Shown here: positions 19,634 to 30,474 of the stretch, in pieces
Layout of the letters: each line of letters starts with the position of its first letter
How positions within the stretch are numbered: position 1 is the first letter of the stretch
From: an uncultured Nannocystaceae bacterium
Lineage (GTDB): Bacteria > Myxococcota_A > Bradymonadia > UBA7976 > UBA1532
Direction of reading: 5' to 3'
Assembly (NCBI GenBank): GCA_964384025.1
Contig: CAYLJJ010000013.1
Span: forward strand, 46-64,045
Length of the DNA stretch: 64,000 nucleotides
Notes under the pieces: model-generated
What the model saw: only the letters and a program-made list of their open reading frames with translations
Told to the model about the DNA's origin: nothing
Databases searched by the model: none
Program-made: the position numbers and the translations under genes

Positions 19634-20405
19634 CAGCAAATATATCATCGGATTTGCGGGCGCGGTCTGCTTGGTCTGTGCCGTGATCGTCTCGGGAGCC
19701 GCCGTGGCTCTCAAGGATCGCCAAGAGGCCAATAAGGTCCTGGATCGTCAAAAGAAGGTCCTCTCTGTAGCTGGGCTGCTCTCTGCCGGTGAGGATCTCA
19801 ACAGGGAAGCGATTCAGGATCGCTTTAAGGAGCGTATTCGACCCCGCATCATCGACCTCAAGAGCGGGCAGTATGATGAGACGGTCGCGCTGGACAGCTT
19901 TGACCAGCGCAAGGCCACCAAGGATCCAGCGCTCAGCAAGGCGGCGCCCAAGAACGATGGGAAGATCGCTCGCGTCCCCAAGAACGCCCTCATCTATCAG
20001 CTTATGGCCGAAGGGAACCCTGAAGAGGTGGAGATGTTGATCCTCCCCATCGTGGGCAAGGGCCTCTGGTCCACCATGTACGGCTTCTTGGCCTTGGCGC
20101 CCGACACCACCACCATCCAGGGCCTCACCTTCTACGAGCATGGGGAGACCCCTGGGCTCGGCGGCGAGGTGGAGAACCCCAGTTGGTTGGCTAAATGGGT
20201 GGGTCGTAAGGTCTATGATGAGAATTGGGTAGCCCGTATCAATGTTAAGAAAGGGCTGGCTCAGGATCCAAAATATGATGTGGATGGGCTCTCAGGCGCG
20301 ACCCTCACCTGTCGAGGGGTTTCTGGACTCATCCAGTTCTGGTTGGGTGAGAATGGCTACAGTCCCTTCCTGGCTCAGTTCCGAAAGGGGGGCCCTAAGT
20401 CATGA
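19623..20405 (+). CDS. nqrC: Na+-NQR subunit C
   Basis: [34 protein letters not shown] site. Confidence 0.96.
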   Translation: MGYSSKYIIGFAGAVCLVCAVIVSGAAVALKDRQEANKVLDRQKKVLSVAGLLSAGEDLNREAIQDRFKERIRPRIIDLKSGQYDETVALDSFDQRKATKDPALSKAAPKNDGKIARVPKNALIYQLMAEGNPEEVEMLILPIVGKGLWSTMYGFLALAPDTTTIQGLTFYEHGETPGLGGEVENPSWLAKWVGRKVYDENWVARINVKKGLAQDPKYDVDGLSGATLTCRGVSGLIQFWLGENGYSPFLAQFRKGGPKS

Positions 20406-21025
20406 ACGCAAAGCAGAAGGAAGCCCTGCTCGATCCCCTCTTTGACGACAACCCCATCGCGCTCCAGGTCCTGGGCATCTGCTCAGCACTGGCGGTGACC
20501 ACTAAGCTGGAGACCGCCTTTGTGATGTCCTTGGCGGTGATCGCGGTGACCACCTTGAGCAATGTGGCGGTCAGCGCGATCCGCAGCTGGATCCCGCCCA
20601 GCATCCGTATCATTGTTCAGCTGACCATTATCGCCTCTTTGGTGATCGTCACCGACCAAGTTCTCAAAGCCTTTGTCTTTGAAATCAGCAAACAACTCTC
20701 TGTTTTCGTGGGTCTGATCATCACCAACTGCATCGTCATGGGTCGCGCCGAAGCCTATGCGATGCAGAACCCTCCGCTGCTCTCCGCCATCGATGGTCTG
20801 GGCAACGGTCTGGGTTACAGTTTGGTGCTGATCTTCGTCGGCTTCTTCCGTGAGCTGTTTGGCTCAGGGAAGCTCTTTGGGCAGAGCATCTTTAGCCTGA
20901 CCACAGAGGGTGGCTGGTATGAGGCCAATGGCCTCCTGGTCTTGGCTCCTGGAGCCTTCTTCCTGATCGCGATCTTTATCTGGTTGCTCAAGATCTGGCG
21001 ACCCGCGTTGGTGGAGGCAGAGTAA
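20402..21025 (+). CDS. nqrD: Na+-NQR subunit D
   Basis: [32 protein letters not shown]. Confidence 0.96.
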   Translation: MNAKQKEALLDPLFDDNPIALQVLGICSALAVTTKLETAFVMSLAVIAVTTLSNVAVSAIRSWIPPSIRIIVQLTIIASLVIVTDQVLKAFVFEISKQLSVFVGLIITNCIVMGRAEAYAMQNPPLLSAIDGLGNGLGYSLVLIFVGFFRELFGSGKLFGQSIFSLTTEGGWYEANGLLVLAPGAFFLIAIFIWLLKIWRPALVEAE

Positions 21026-21028
21026 ACA

Positions 21029-21643
21029 ATGGAGCATTATATCAGCCTCGCCATCAAGGCGATCTTTGTTGAAAACATGGCCCTGGCCTTCTTCCTGGGG
21101 ATGTGTTCCTTCCTGGCCGTCTCCAAGAAGGTAGAGACCGCCATCGGCCTGGGCTTCGCGGTTACCTTCGTCTTGGTGGTCACGACCCCCCTAAATAACC
21201 TGATTTATAACCTCTTCCTCAAAGAGGGGGCGATGGCTTGGATCAGCTCTGATCTAGCCAGCACGGATCTCTCATTCCTCTCCTTCCTGACCTTTATCGG
21301 GACCATCGCCGCCGCTGTACAGGTGGTGGAGATGACCCTGGACCGCTACGCCCCGGCGCTCTACTCTGCTTTGGGGGTCTTTCTACCCCTCATCGCGGTC
21401 AACTGCGCCATCTTGGGCGCCTCACTCTTCATGGTGGAGCGAGACTACAACCTCGCGGAGAGCACCGTCTTTGGTCTGGGCTCAGGCATCGGCTTTGGGT
21501 TGGCGATCACCGCCTTAGCAGCCATTCGCGAGAAGATGCACTACAGTCACGTCCCCGAAGGGCTTAGAGGCTTGGGGATCACCTTCATCGTCACAGGGTT
21601 GATGGCCGTCGCGTTTATGGCCTTCGCCGGGATCCAGCTTTGA
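21029..21643 (+). CDS. nqrE: Na+-NQR subunit E
   Basis: [38 protein letters not shown]. Confidence 0.96.
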   Translation: MEHYISLAIKAIFVENMALAFFLGMCSFLAVSKKVETAIGLGFAVTFVLVVTTPLNNLIYNLFLKEGAMAWISSDLASTDLSFLSFLTFIGTIAAAVQVVEMTLDRYAPALYSALGVFLPLIAVNCAILGASLFMVERDYNLAESTVFGLGSGIGFGLAITALAAIREKMHYSHVPEGLRGLGITFIVTGLMAVAFMAFAGIQL

Positions 21644-21653
21644 AGGAGGCACG

Positions 21654-22877
21654 ATGTCTACGATAATTTTTGGTGTCCTGGTCTTTATCATCTCCATCCT
21701 CTCTTTGGTGGTGATCTTGATGGTGGCCCGCTCCAAGCTGGTCAACACTGACAACGTCAAGCTGCTGATCAACAAGGATCCAGAGAAGACGAGGGATGTC
21801 CCCGCTGGGAGCACACTCCTCAACACTCTAACCGCTGAGAAGATCTTCATCCCCTCCGCCTGTGGCGGCAAGGGGAGCTGTGGAGTCTGTACGGTCGAGG
21901 TTCACTCCGGCGGAGGCGCGATGCTGCCCACCGAGGAGGGACATATCAGCCGAGGAGACGCTAAGAAGGGGGTTCGTCTGGCTTGTCAGCTCAAGGTGAA
22001 GCAGGAGATCTCCATCGAGCTTGAGCCGGAGATCTTCTCCGTCCAGAAATGGAACTGTCGGGTGCGCTCTAACAACAACGTGGCCACCTTTATCAAAGAG
22101 TTGGTCCTGGAGATTCCCCAGGGGGAGGAGGTTCCTTTCCGAGCGGGAGGCTATATCCAGATTGAGGCCCCCAAACATGTGGTTGACTACAAGGACTTTG
22201 ATATCGACGAGGAGTATCGCGGCGATTGGGATCGCTTCAATATGTGGCAGTTTGTCTCTAAGGTAGATGAGCCTGTGACGCGGGCCTACTCTATGGCGAG
22301 CTATCCCTTGGAGAAGGAGCTGATCATGCTGAACGTGCGGATCGCCTCCCCACCTCCTCGCACTCCCAATGTTCCCCCTGGCAAGATGTCCTCCTTCATC
22401 TTCAATCTAAAAGAGGGTGATGAGGTTGTCATCTCGGGGCCTTACGGAGAGTTTTTCGCCCGAGAGACCCAAAATGAGATGGTCTTTATCGGGGGAGGTG
22501 CAGGGATGGCGCCGATGCGCTCTCACATCTTTGATCAGTTCCGACGCCTCAAGACCGATCGTAAAGTCTCCTTTTGGTATGGTGCTCGGAGCCTTAGAGA
22601 GGCTTTCTATGTAGAGCACTTTGACGCGATCGCCGCTGAAAATGAGAACTTCGAGTGGAACTTGGCCCTCTCTGATCCGCTCCCTGAGGACAACTGGGAG
22701 GGTTATACAGGCTTTATCCACCAAGTTGTCTTAGACAATTACCTCAAGGAACACCCTGCTCCTGAGGATGTAGAGTACTATATGTGCGGACCACCGATGA
22801 TGAACAACGCGGTGATCAATATGCTCTTGGAGATGGGCGTCGAACATGAGAACATCATGCTTGATGATTTTGGCTGA
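21654..22877 (+). CDS. nqrF: Na+-NQR subunit F
   Basis: [12 protein letters not shown]...RLACQ [2Fe-2S]; RAYSMA; [12 protein letters not shown]; YMCGPP; LDDFG. Confidence 0.97.
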   Translation: MSTIIFGVLVFIISILSLVVILMVARSKLVNTDNVKLLINKDPEKTRDVPAGSTLLNTLTAEKIFIPSACGGKGSCGVCTVEVHSGGGAMLPTEEGHISRGDAKKGVRLACQLKVKQEISIELEPEIFSVQKWNCRVRSNNNVATFIKELVLEIPQGEEVPFRAGGYIQIEAPKHVVDYKDFDIDEEYRGDWDRFNMWQFVSKVDEPVTRAYSMASYPLEKELIMLNVRIASPPPRTPNVPPGKMSSFIFNLKEGDEVVISGPYGEFFARETQNEMVFIGGGAGMAPMRSHIFDQFRRLKTDRKVSFWYGARSLREAFYVEHFDAIAAENENFEWNLALSDPLPEDNWEGYTGFIHQVVLDNYLKEHPAPEDVEYYMCGPPMMNNAVINMLLEMGVEHENIMLDDFG

Positions 22878-22886
22878 GAGAAGCTC

Positions 22887-23918
22887 TTGAGCAACAAGCC
22901 CCGTCTTCTCCTTCCCATCCTCTTTATCCTCCTCCTTTTTGCTCTTCTCTGGATGCGCCGACCTGAAGGCCCTGTATTTCAGACTTTCAAGGGGCAGACC
23001 ATGGGGACTCACTACACGGTTAAGGTGTTGGGTGCTCAAGAGGGCCTCGCGGCGCTGATCCAGAGCGGCTTAGAGGCGGTGGATGCACGGATGTCAACTT
23101 ACCGTTCAGACTCCGAGCTTTCGCGTTTTAACCAGAGTTCAGAGCAGATCTTCTCCGCCTCTCCCCAGCTTATTGAGGTGATGGAGATGGCTCAGACGAT
23201 CAGCGGGCTCTCAGGTGGTGCCTTCGATATCACAGTGGGGCCTCTGGTCAATGCCTGGGGTTTTGGTCCTAATAAGCGTCAGAACCCTCCTGATGAAGCA
23301 GAGATCCAAAAACTCCTCTCCCGTCTGGGACACCAACACCTACATATAGAGCGGGAGGCGGGACAGCTTCGCAAGGATCTACCTGAACTCTACTGCGATC
23401 TCTCCGCCATCGCTAAAGGCTATGGGGTGGATCAGCTCGCGGAGCTGCTGCTTAAGGAGGGTTATAAAAATTTTATGGTGGAGGTGGGGGGTGAGCTGCG
23501 CGTTGAGGGTCGGAACGCAGAGGGCAAACCTTGGCAGATTGGTATCCAGCTTCCCTCCTCCGAGGAGCAGGCTCTTCAAGAGGTGATCTCCATCTCAGGG
23601 ATCGCCATGGCCACCTCAGGAGATTATCGCAACTACTATGAAAAGGGGGGGGAGCGCATTTCCCATACCATCGATGCGCGTACAGGCAAGCCCATCAAAC
23701 ATCGTCTGGCCTCCATCACAGTCCTACACCCTCGCTGCGCTCTGGCTGACGCCTGGGCTACAGCTCTCAACGTCTTGGGGCCTGAGGAGGGCTTCCGTTT
23801 GGCAGAGCGGGAGAGGCTCCCCGCCTTCTTCGTTATACGTGATCCAGAGGGCCATTTTATCGAGCGCGCGACCCCAGCCTTTAAAAAAATTCGGGACCAG
23901 GACCGAACACTGCAATAA
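22887..23918 (+). CDS. apbE: FAD:protein FMN transferase
   Basis: GQTMGT, MSTYRSDSELSRFN, FDITVGPL...WGF, DLSAIAKGYGVD, ATSGDYRNY, ADAWATAL. Confidence 0.95.
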   Translation: MSNKPRLLLPILFILLLFALLWMRRPEGPVFQTFKGQTMGTHYTVKVLGAQEGLAALIQSGLEAVDARMSTYRSDSELSRFNQSSEQIFSASPQLIEVMEMAQTISGLSGGAFDITVGPLVNAWGFGPNKRQNPPDEAEIQKLLSRLGHQHLHIEREAGQLRKDLPELYCDLSAIAKGYGVDQLAELLLKEGYKNFMVEVGGELRVEGRNAEGKPWQIGIQLPSSEEQALQEVISISGIAMATSGDYRNYYEKGGERISHTIDARTGKPIKHRLASITVLHPRCALADAWATALNVLGPEEGFRLAERERLPAFFVIRDPEGHFIERATPAFKKIRDQDRTLQ

Positions 23919-23948
23919 GATATGAGACCAGTGTTTGATGGAGGCGAG

Positions 23949-24188
23949 ATGGGGACTCTATTACTGACCTTCGCGTTGATGGGGATCTTTATGTTGATGA
24001 TGTCAGTTGGGATTATCTTCTCTGATCGCCCTCTCCGAGGCTCCTGTCAGACAGGCTCCTGCAGCTGTGAACCCAGCCCCAGCACGGCAAAGCCTAACCC
24101 TGATGGGGTAGGGCTCCCTTCAGGCTGGGCTCTAAAAGAGTCCAAGGCGGAGATATTAGAGATCAAACTATTTGAGGGAAGAGGATGA
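23949..24188 (+). CDS. nqrM: NqrM-like Na+-NQR maturation protein
   Basis: N-terminal TM, then RPLRGSC...CSC; directly after apbE; ATG at 23949. Confidence 0.7.
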   Translation: MGTLLLTFALMGIFMLMMSVGIIFSDRPLRGSCQTGSCSCEPSPSTAKPNPDGVGLPSGWALKESKAEILEIKLFEGRG

Positions 24189-24523
24189 GCCAAGAGATCA
24201 TCGATCAAGGAATCCTCATGGATATCTTTGAGGGCGATATGGAGCTTTACGGAGAGATCGTCGAGGTCTTCCTAGAGTTTCAACCAGAGCAACTTGAAGC
24301 GGTCGCCCAGGGGATCGCCGTTCAAGATCCCAAGGCGATCGAGCAAGCAGCTCACCGGCTTAAAGGAGGTCTGGTCAACATCGGCGCTCTTCAAGCAGGT
24401 GAGGCCGCTCGCGTGCTGGAGGAGGCGGGTCGCACTCAACAGATGGGGGGGCTTGAGGAGAAGCTGAAGAGGCTTCGTTATGAGAACAAGCGCCTGATTG
24501 AGGCTCTCAAAGAGATCATCTAA
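24185..24523 (+). CDS. Hpt (histidine phosphotransfer) domain protein
   Basis: IVEVFLE...AAHRLKGGLVNIGA...LE. Confidence 0.9.
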   Translation: MSQEIIDQGILMDIFEGDMELYGEIVEVFLEFQPEQLEAVAQGIAVQDPKAIEQAAHRLKGGLVNIGALQAGEAARVLEEAGRTQQMGGLEEKLKRLRYENKRLIEALKEII

Positions 24524-24554
24524 GCTCAGCCCTTAACTCTGATGAGAGGCTGAA

Positions 24555-25313
24555 ATGATCGCTTTCTTTAGAGGACTCTTGGCGCCCCTAAGAGCGGCAG
24601 GGATCTTTCTCTCCCACCCTGGCTTAATCCTCCTGGCTCTGCTCCCCGCTTTCGCGGCCTTGCTGCTCTCCATCCTTGGGGTCTGGCTGGCGTTGGCCTA
24701 TGGGGACGATCTTTTTCTCTATCTCTGGCCAGAGCCAAGCTCTGAGGGCTTCTGGGGCGTGGCCCTACATAGCGTCTGGCAGCTCATCAGCTGGCTTATC
24801 CAGATCTCCAGCGCCTTCCTGGCTCTCTTTATCACCCCCTGGTTGGTGATGCTCCTGGGGTTGCCGCTCTGTGAACCTCTCGCCGCGCGGGTGGATGAGA
24901 TCTTGGGAGGCAAAACTCGAGAGGGCAGCTTTATTACAGAGATCCTTGGAGCACTGAGCACTACGTTGGGGGTGGTTATTCTGGGTTTGGGGGGCAGCCT
25001 CCTCTTCTCTCTCTTAGGCCTTATTCCTGGAGTGGCTCTGATCATCGCTCCCTTCCTCCTCTTCATCTGGACCCCTCTCTTCTTAACTTTTGATCTCTAT
25101 GACTCCAGCCTCTCTCGTCGTCAGTTGAGCTTTGGACAGAAAATGAAGGTACTGATGACGCAGCCCTTGGAGGGGATCGGCCTGGGACTGGTGGGGACCG
25201 CGCTCTTGGCTACTCCTCTGCTCAACCTCTTTGGTCTACCTGTGGCGGTGGTGGGAGCGGTGTTGCTCATCCGTGATCGAGAAAAAGCGGGGAGCTTGCC
25301 TCTCGCCAAATGA
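24555..25313 (+). CDS. EI24/CysZ-family membrane protein
   Basis: Multi-TM; LCEPLAARVDE; FDLYDSSLSRR; PLLNLFGLPVAVVGA. Confidence 0.75.
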   Translation: MIAFFRGLLAPLRAAGIFLSHPGLILLALLPAFAALLLSILGVWLALAYGDDLFLYLWPEPSSEGFWGVALHSVWQLISWLIQISSAFLALFITPWLVMLLGLPLCEPLAARVDEILGGKTREGSFITEILGALSTTLGVVILGLGGSLLFSLLGLIPGVALIIAPFLLFIWTPLFLTFDLYDSSLSRRQLSFGQKMKVLMTQPLEGIGLGLVGTALLATPLLNLFGLPVAVVGAVLLIRDREKAGSLPLAK

Positions 25314-25346
25314 GCTTCTATTCCCAAGGATCTAAAGAAACGGAGC

Positions 25347-26561
25347 CTAAGGAGCCATAAGGGCTTTGCCCAGGGTATCTTCAGCTTCAGTGAAGCCAGT
25401 CAAAGGGCTTCGATCTTTCCTGAGGTGGCGCAGGAGCTTATCCGCCTCCTCAGGGTAGAGCCGTCGGATACAGATCCCCGCATAGAGCCGAGCCACCCAG
25501 CTGGGCTCCTCCAAGAGCTTCAGAAGCGGGGCACGCACCTTCTCCCTTTGCTGCGCTAAGCGGAAGTCACAGAAGCGCTCCACCTCCTCCTTAAAGCTCC
25601 CCTCCTCCTCAGGCCAGGAGGCATCGGTGGGGAGCGCAGCGAGGGCCTGCTTTAGACGCTTAGGTCCTCCAAAGTCCCAGATCAGCTCTAGAGCCTGAAA
25701 ACGGAATGTGTTGCTCAGGTCGGGCTCATCTGTGGTCAACAGCTTAAAGAGGCCCGGTAGAGCCTTCTCCTTGAGATGATCCCGCGCGGCATCCATTCCC
25801 AGGTTACGAGTCGCTGGGGGCAGATGTTGATCCTGTACCAGCTCTAAGAGAAAGCGCAGCAAAGTCTCATCGCGGTTAAGGAGCATCGCCTCTGCCAGAG
25901 CTGGAGGAAGCTCAGGGTAACGGCGTCGAGCATAGCTCAGGAGCGTTGCGGCCAACCGATGCTGCACCTCGCCGCTCTTGAGGCGACTCAACAGGCGATT
26001 GAACTCCAGGAGAGCGGGCAGGTTTGAGAGCGTCTGGAGGTGGTGATAGATGGGAGGGAGCGCCAGCTCTGGACGTACAGTGGCCGCCGCCAAGAGAATC
26101 TCCAAAAGGCTGCGCTTCTCTAGAGGGGCGGCTGGATCTTCAAGACCCTGAAGGCACCACTCTACGACCCTCTGAAGAGAACTCTCCAGAGCTTCCTTGG
26201 ACATTTTCTCAGCCAACGCCCAAAGGTGAAAGGCCAGGGTAGCTGCTCTGAGCTTCAGCTGAGGCTCCTCCTTTCCCTCCAATACTCCGATGATGATCTG
26301 AGCGTAGCGCTCCAAGAGCGCGCGTTGATCTTTTGGAGTAGCCTCATTGACTACAGCCACCAAGCAGCCCAACTGATCCATCTTCAAGAGGAGGCGAGCG
26401 CTGATGATGCGCAGCTCCATAGGGCGTTCGCTGTCCGCTAGGTAGGCGCTGAGGCGCTTCTCCCCTTGAGCGATCCGCTGCCAGCCGTTGAGCTCCTCGA
26501 CATCGATAGAGCAGGCCAGACAGGAGAGGGCCAGGAGCCCGACACGCAGGGGATGAAACAT
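25347..26561 (-). CDS. Hypothetical all-helical (HEAT-like) lipoprotein
   Basis: 404-aa ORF; LSCLAC lipobox; Leu/Ala-rich helices. Confidence 0.65.
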   Translation of the reverse strand: MFHPLRVGLLALSCLACSIDVEELNGWQRIAQGEKRLSAYLADSERPMELRIISARLLLKMDQLGCLVAVVNEATPKDQRALLERYAQIIIGVLEGKEEPQLKLRAATLAFHLWALAEKMSKEALESSLQRVVEWCLQGLEDPAAPLEKRSLLEILLAAATVRPELALPPIYHHLQTLSNLPALLEFNRLLSRLKSGEVQHRLAATLLSYARRRYPELPPALAEAMLLNRDETLLRFLLELVQDQHLPPATRNLGMDAARDHLKEKALPGLFKLLTTDEPDLSNTFRFQALELIWDFGGPKRLKQALAALPTDASWPEEEGSFKEEVERFCDFRLAQQREKVRAPLLKLLEEPSWVARLYAGICIRRLYPEEADKLLRHLRKDRSPLTGFTEAEDTLGKALMAP

Positions 26562-26693
26562 TCTCAGAATCTCTCGTTCTTCCGATGGTTTGGGACGCTA
26601 GCACCGGCTCAGATAGGCGTCAAGCCGTCCGCCTTGAGTTGAAGCCCCACCCAAGATATCAAGAAGCTTCTCTAACCAGCCAGAGAGTTCCAG

Positions 26694-28169
26694 ATGAGAT
26701 ATCTCCTTGCCATCGATCAGGGCACCACCGGCAGCACCGCCCTGCTGTTGAACTCAAAGCTTGAGGTTCTGGGCCGACATAACCAGGAGTTCCCACAGAT
26801 CTATCCCCAGCCGGGTTGGGTAGAGCATGATCCCGAGGCGATTATCCACTCTGTTCAAGGCGCCATTCAGGGTGCCTTGGAGCGAGCGGGGATCTCCGCC
26901 GAGGAGATCGCAGGCATCGGGATCACCAATCAACGAGAGACCACACTGCTTTGGGATCGTCAGGATGGAACGCCCCTCTATAACGCCATTGTTTGGCAAT
27001 GTCGTCGTACAGCAGCGCGCTGCCTAGCTCTTAAGGAGCAAGGGCATGAGCCCCTCTTCAGGGCGCGGACGGGGCTGCTCTTAGACCCCTACTTCAGCGG
27101 CACCAAGCTGGCTTGGCTTCTGGATGAGCTGAAGGGGGCGAGGAGCAAAGCTGAAGCGGGTAAACTCTGCTTTGGCACCATCGACAGCTTCCTGGTCTGG
27201 CGACTTACGGGAGGCGGAGCCCATGTAACTGAGGTCTCCAACGCCAGTCGCACCCTGATGATGAACCTCCAGGAGCTGAGCTGGGACCCTGAGTTGCTGG
27301 AGATCCTCGATATCCCCGAGGCGATCCTACCGGAGATCCGAGACAGCAGTGAGATCTACGGTCAAACACAGGGCTTTCCAGGGCTGCCTGATGGGATCCC
27401 CATCGCCGGGATGGCGGGAGATCAACAGGCTGCCCTCTTTGGTCAGGTCTGCTTTGAGCCGGGGGAGGCCAAATGCACCTATGGCACCGGCTCTTTTCTG
27501 CTCCTCAATACAGGCTCTCAGGTGATCAGCAGCCAAAATGGTCTACTCAGCACCGTAGCTTGGAAGCGGGGCGATGAGATTTGTTACGCCCTGGAGGGCA
27601 GCGCCTTTGTCGCGGGAGCGGCGGTGCAGTGGCTCCGTGATGGTTTGAAGATCATCCAGAGCGCGCCGGAAGTTGAGGCCCTGGCACGACAGGTTCCTGA
27701 CAGCGGTGGCGTTTATTTTGTCCCTGCTCTTACCGGTCTCGGCGCCCCCCACTGGAGGCCGGAGGCCCGAGGGCTGATCTCAGGTCTCAGTCGAGGGAGC
27801 AGCGCTGCTCACCTAGCGCGGGCCACTCTAGAGGGGATCGCCTTTCAAAATCACGATATTTTGCGGGCGATGGAGCGAGATTTGGGGCAGCCCCTGAGAG
27901 GCTTGCGGGTGGATGGAGGCGCCGCGGCCAATGATCTTTTGATGCAGTTTCAGTCAGATCTTCTGGGCGTAGAGCTGTTGAGGCCGACGCTGCTGGAGAC
28001 CACCGCTCTGGGGGCTGCTTTCTTAGCGGGTTTGGCCTTGGGGATCTGGTCTGATCGAGAGGAGATCCGCCGAGTCTGGAAAGAGGAGCGCTGCTTTAAA
28101 CCTCAGATGCCAGAAGAGGAACTCAAGCAGCGCTTAGAGGGTTGGGAGGCAGCGGTTCAAAGGAGCTAA
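26694..28169 (+). CDS. glpK: Glycerol kinase
   Basis: [60 protein letters not shown]. Confidence 0.97.
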   Translation: MRYLLAIDQGTTGSTALLLNSKLEVLGRHNQEFPQIYPQPGWVEHDPEAIIHSVQGAIQGALERAGISAEEIAGIGITNQRETTLLWDRQDGTPLYNAIVWQCRRTAARCLALKEQGHEPLFRARTGLLLDPYFSGTKLAWLLDELKGARSKAEAGKLCFGTIDSFLVWRLTGGGAHVTEVSNASRTLMMNLQELSWDPELLEILDIPEAILPEIRDSSEIYGQTQGFPGLPDGIPIAGMAGDQQAALFGQVCFEPGEAKCTYGTGSFLLLNTGSQVISSQNGLLSTVAWKRGDEICYALEGSAFVAGAAVQWLRDGLKIIQSAPEVEALARQVPDSGGVYFVPALTGLGAPHWRPEARGLISGLSRGSSAAHLARATLEGIAFQNHDILRAMERDLGQPLRGLRVDGGAAANDLLMQFQSDLLGVELLRPTLLETTALGAAFLAGLALGIWSDREEIRRVWKEERCFKPQMPEEELKQRLEGWEAAVQRS

Positions 28170-28315
28170 CTTGTGGATAAGCTGCTCACCATACCCGTAT
28201 TTTGAAGGAGGCGATGAGTTACGGCTGCTTGGCCCACCCATCCCCACCCTCCTCTAGGCAGCCTCATCGGAAAATTGTATTTGGCCCAAACCACAGCAGT
28301 GGAGATCATCCAAGG

Positions 28316-29485
28316 ATGAACAGACCACTCCGTCTCCTCCTCACCATCCGCAAGTTCTACCCCAGCTACTCCGGTGCAGGGCAACGTTTCCAGGGCTATG
28401 CCCAGGGACTCCGCGCCCGAGGGATAGAGATGGAGGTCCTCTCTGCTGTTGAGGGAGAGCAGCATCTTCAGCGCCTCCCCAGCCTAGAGATCGATGGCCT
28501 TCAAATCCATCAGATCGGCGTCAAGCGGGGATGGAACTCTCCAGAGCACGGCTTCGCTACCCTCCTACGCTGCCTACGGGAGCCCCCCGATGTGGTGCAA
28601 GCGATGGCGGAGTCTCTATTGAGCCCCTGGTTTCTGGGTCTAGGTCTCGCCCAGATTCCGGTGGTGATCAACCACACCATGATGGGGATCCGCGTAAAGA
28701 CAGGGTTGAAGGGACTCCTCCAGCCTCTCTGGTGGCGTCTACCTTTCCAGCTCACTCAAGCCGCTGTGGTCAACAGTCAGGCGATGGCAGCAGCTCTGGC
28801 GGAGCTGAAGATCTCCAGTCAGGTGATCCCCAACGGCGTCAACTTACAGCGCTTCTATCCCTCGGCGCCTGAAGAGCGCGCCCCCCTGCGCGCTCGCCTG
28901 GGCCTCCCCCCCGATGGCCCTCTACTGGTCAGTTTGGGCGGCCTTAACCCTCGGAAATCTCACGATCTGATGCTGGCGGCCTTCCTGCGCCTGCGCGCCA
29001 CTCATCCACAGGCGCGGTTGCTTATCGCTGGACCTCCAGGACCCTCAGCGCATGTTGCAAGTCTCCGACGATTTATCTCTCGGGAGGGCCTGAGTGAAGC
29101 GGTTCAACTCCCAGGGATGATCAAGGAGGTCCCTGAGCTGCTCCGAGCGGCGGATCTCTTCTGTTTTAGCTCTCGGGTAGAGGGCTTGCCCAACGCGGTC
29201 TTAGAGGCGATGGCTACAGGGCTCCCTGTTGTGCTGACTCGCTTCCTGGGTCTCAGCCCTGAGCTGGGTGAAGCGGGGCGGCACTATCTACTCAGAGAGC
29301 GCAGCTCAGAGGCCCTGGCCGAAGGGATGGATCGTCTGCTCTCCAAGCCTGAGGAGGCTCAAGCGATGGGCGCCGCTGCGCGAACCTGGATCGCTGAGAC
29401 CCTGAGCCTGGAGAAATCTCTGGACCTCTACGCAAATCTTTATCAGCGTATGGCTCAAGCCAGCCAGCTCAGGAGAAGCCGATGA
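28316..29485 (+). CDS. GT4-family glycosyltransferase
   Basis: VIPNGV, RKSHD, EGLPNAVLEAMATGLPVV; ATG at 28316. Confidence 0.9.
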   Translation: MNRPLRLLLTIRKFYPSYSGAGQRFQGYAQGLRARGIEMEVLSAVEGEQHLQRLPSLEIDGLQIHQIGVKRGWNSPEHGFATLLRCLREPPDVVQAMAESLLSPWFLGLGLAQIPVVINHTMMGIRVKTGLKGLLQPLWWRLPFQLTQAAVVNSQAMAAALAELKISSQVIPNGVNLQRFYPSAPEERAPLRARLGLPPDGPLLVSLGGLNPRKSHDLMLAAFLRLRATHPQARLLIAGPPGPSAHVASLRRFISREGLSEAVQLPGMIKEVPELLRAADLFCFSSRVEGLPNAVLEAMATGLPVVLTRFLGLSPELGEAGRHYLLRERSSEALAEGMDRLLSKPEEAQAMGAAARTWIAETLSLEKSLDLYANLYQRMAQASQLRRSR

Positions 29486-29751
29486 AACGCCCAGAGGCGA
29501 TGAGCCTCCTCAAATCAACCTTCCAAGAGGGTTTTCCAGATCGTCAGCTCCCCGAGGAGGAGGAGGCCCTCTTAGGGGCTGATGCCACCCTCGATTCTAT
29601 GGATCTGGTCAACTTCGTGGCCGATGTGGAGGAGGCTCTTGAGGAGCGCGGGCAAAGCATAGTGTTGGCCGATGAGCGCGCCCTCTCTCGCAGCCGAAGC
29701 CCCTTTCGCAGCCTCGCTGCGCTGGCGGACTATCTGGTTGAGGTCACCTGA
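29482..29751 (+). CDS. Acyl carrier protein
   Basis: LLGADATLDSMDLVNFVADVEE (phosphopantetheine Ser); SPFRSL. Confidence 0.85.
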   Translation: MKRPEAMSLLKSTFQEGFPDRQLPEEEEALLGADATLDSMDLVNFVADVEEALEERGQSIVLADERALSRSRSPFRSLAALADYLVEVT

Positions 29752-29754
29752 CTT

Positions 29755-30474
29755 ATGCCTCAAGAGGGAGCTTTTAAGGGCCAAACAATCTTGATCACCG
29801 GCGCCAGCCGAGGCATCGGCGCCTATCTGCGTCAGCGCTTCCGTGATCAGGGGGCTTGGGTGGCCGCCTGCGCACGCAGCATGGCGCCCGCTGAGGATGA
29901 GGGGGGCTGGGATTGCCCTCTCGATGTCACCGATGAGGGGGCGGTGCGGGCTTGGGTGCGTGGCGCTCATCGCCGCAGCGATCGCCTAGATGTCCTGATC
30001 AATAACGCCGGCGCCGCTCAGATGAATCATGCTCTGCTCACGCCCCTCTCCGCTCTACGAGGGGTCTTAGAGCTGAACTATCTGGCGGCCTTCAGCGCCA
30101 GCCGAGAGGCCGCCAAGCTGATGCGCCGCGCCCGCTACGGCCGCATCATCAATCTCAGCACCATCGCGGTCCCTCTGCTCCTAGAGGGGGAGATGGCCTA
30201 TGCCGCCTCCAAGGCTGCTCTAGAGACAGCCACCCGTATCCTGGCACGAGAGCTGGCGCCGATGGGGATCACCTGCAATCTGGTGGGACCCAGTCCTGTG
30301 GATACAGATCTCATCCGCGGAGTCCCCAAAGCGAAGTTAGAGGCTCTGCTTGAGCAGCTCCCTCTGGGTAAGATGGCGAGCGTCGAAGATGTAGCCTACG
30401 CTATAGAGTTCTTCGCCCGCCCTGAGGCGGCGCAGCTGACCGCCCAGACCCTCTACTTGGGAGGCGCCTCTTGA
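29755..30474 (+). CDS. SDR oxidoreductase, 3-oxoacyl-ACP reductase-like
   Basis: TGASRGIG, NNAG, YAASK. Confidence 0.9.
   Translation: MPQEGAFKGQTILITGASRGIGAYLRQRFRDQGAWVAACARSMAPAEDEGGWDCPLDVTDEGAVRAWVRGAHRRSDRLDVLINNAGAAQMNHALLTPLSALRGVLELNYLAAFSASREAAKLMRRARYGRIINLSTIAVPLLLEGEMAYAASKAALETATRILARELAPMGITCNLVGPSPVDTDLIRGVPKAKLEALLEQLPLGKMASVEDVAYAIEFFARPEAAQLTAQTLYLGGAS

Noticed and set aside
28172-28180. oriC, from a perfect DnaA box (TGTGGATAA)
   Set aside because: Single box, no box cluster, AT-rich unwinding element or dnaA/dnaN genes nearby.
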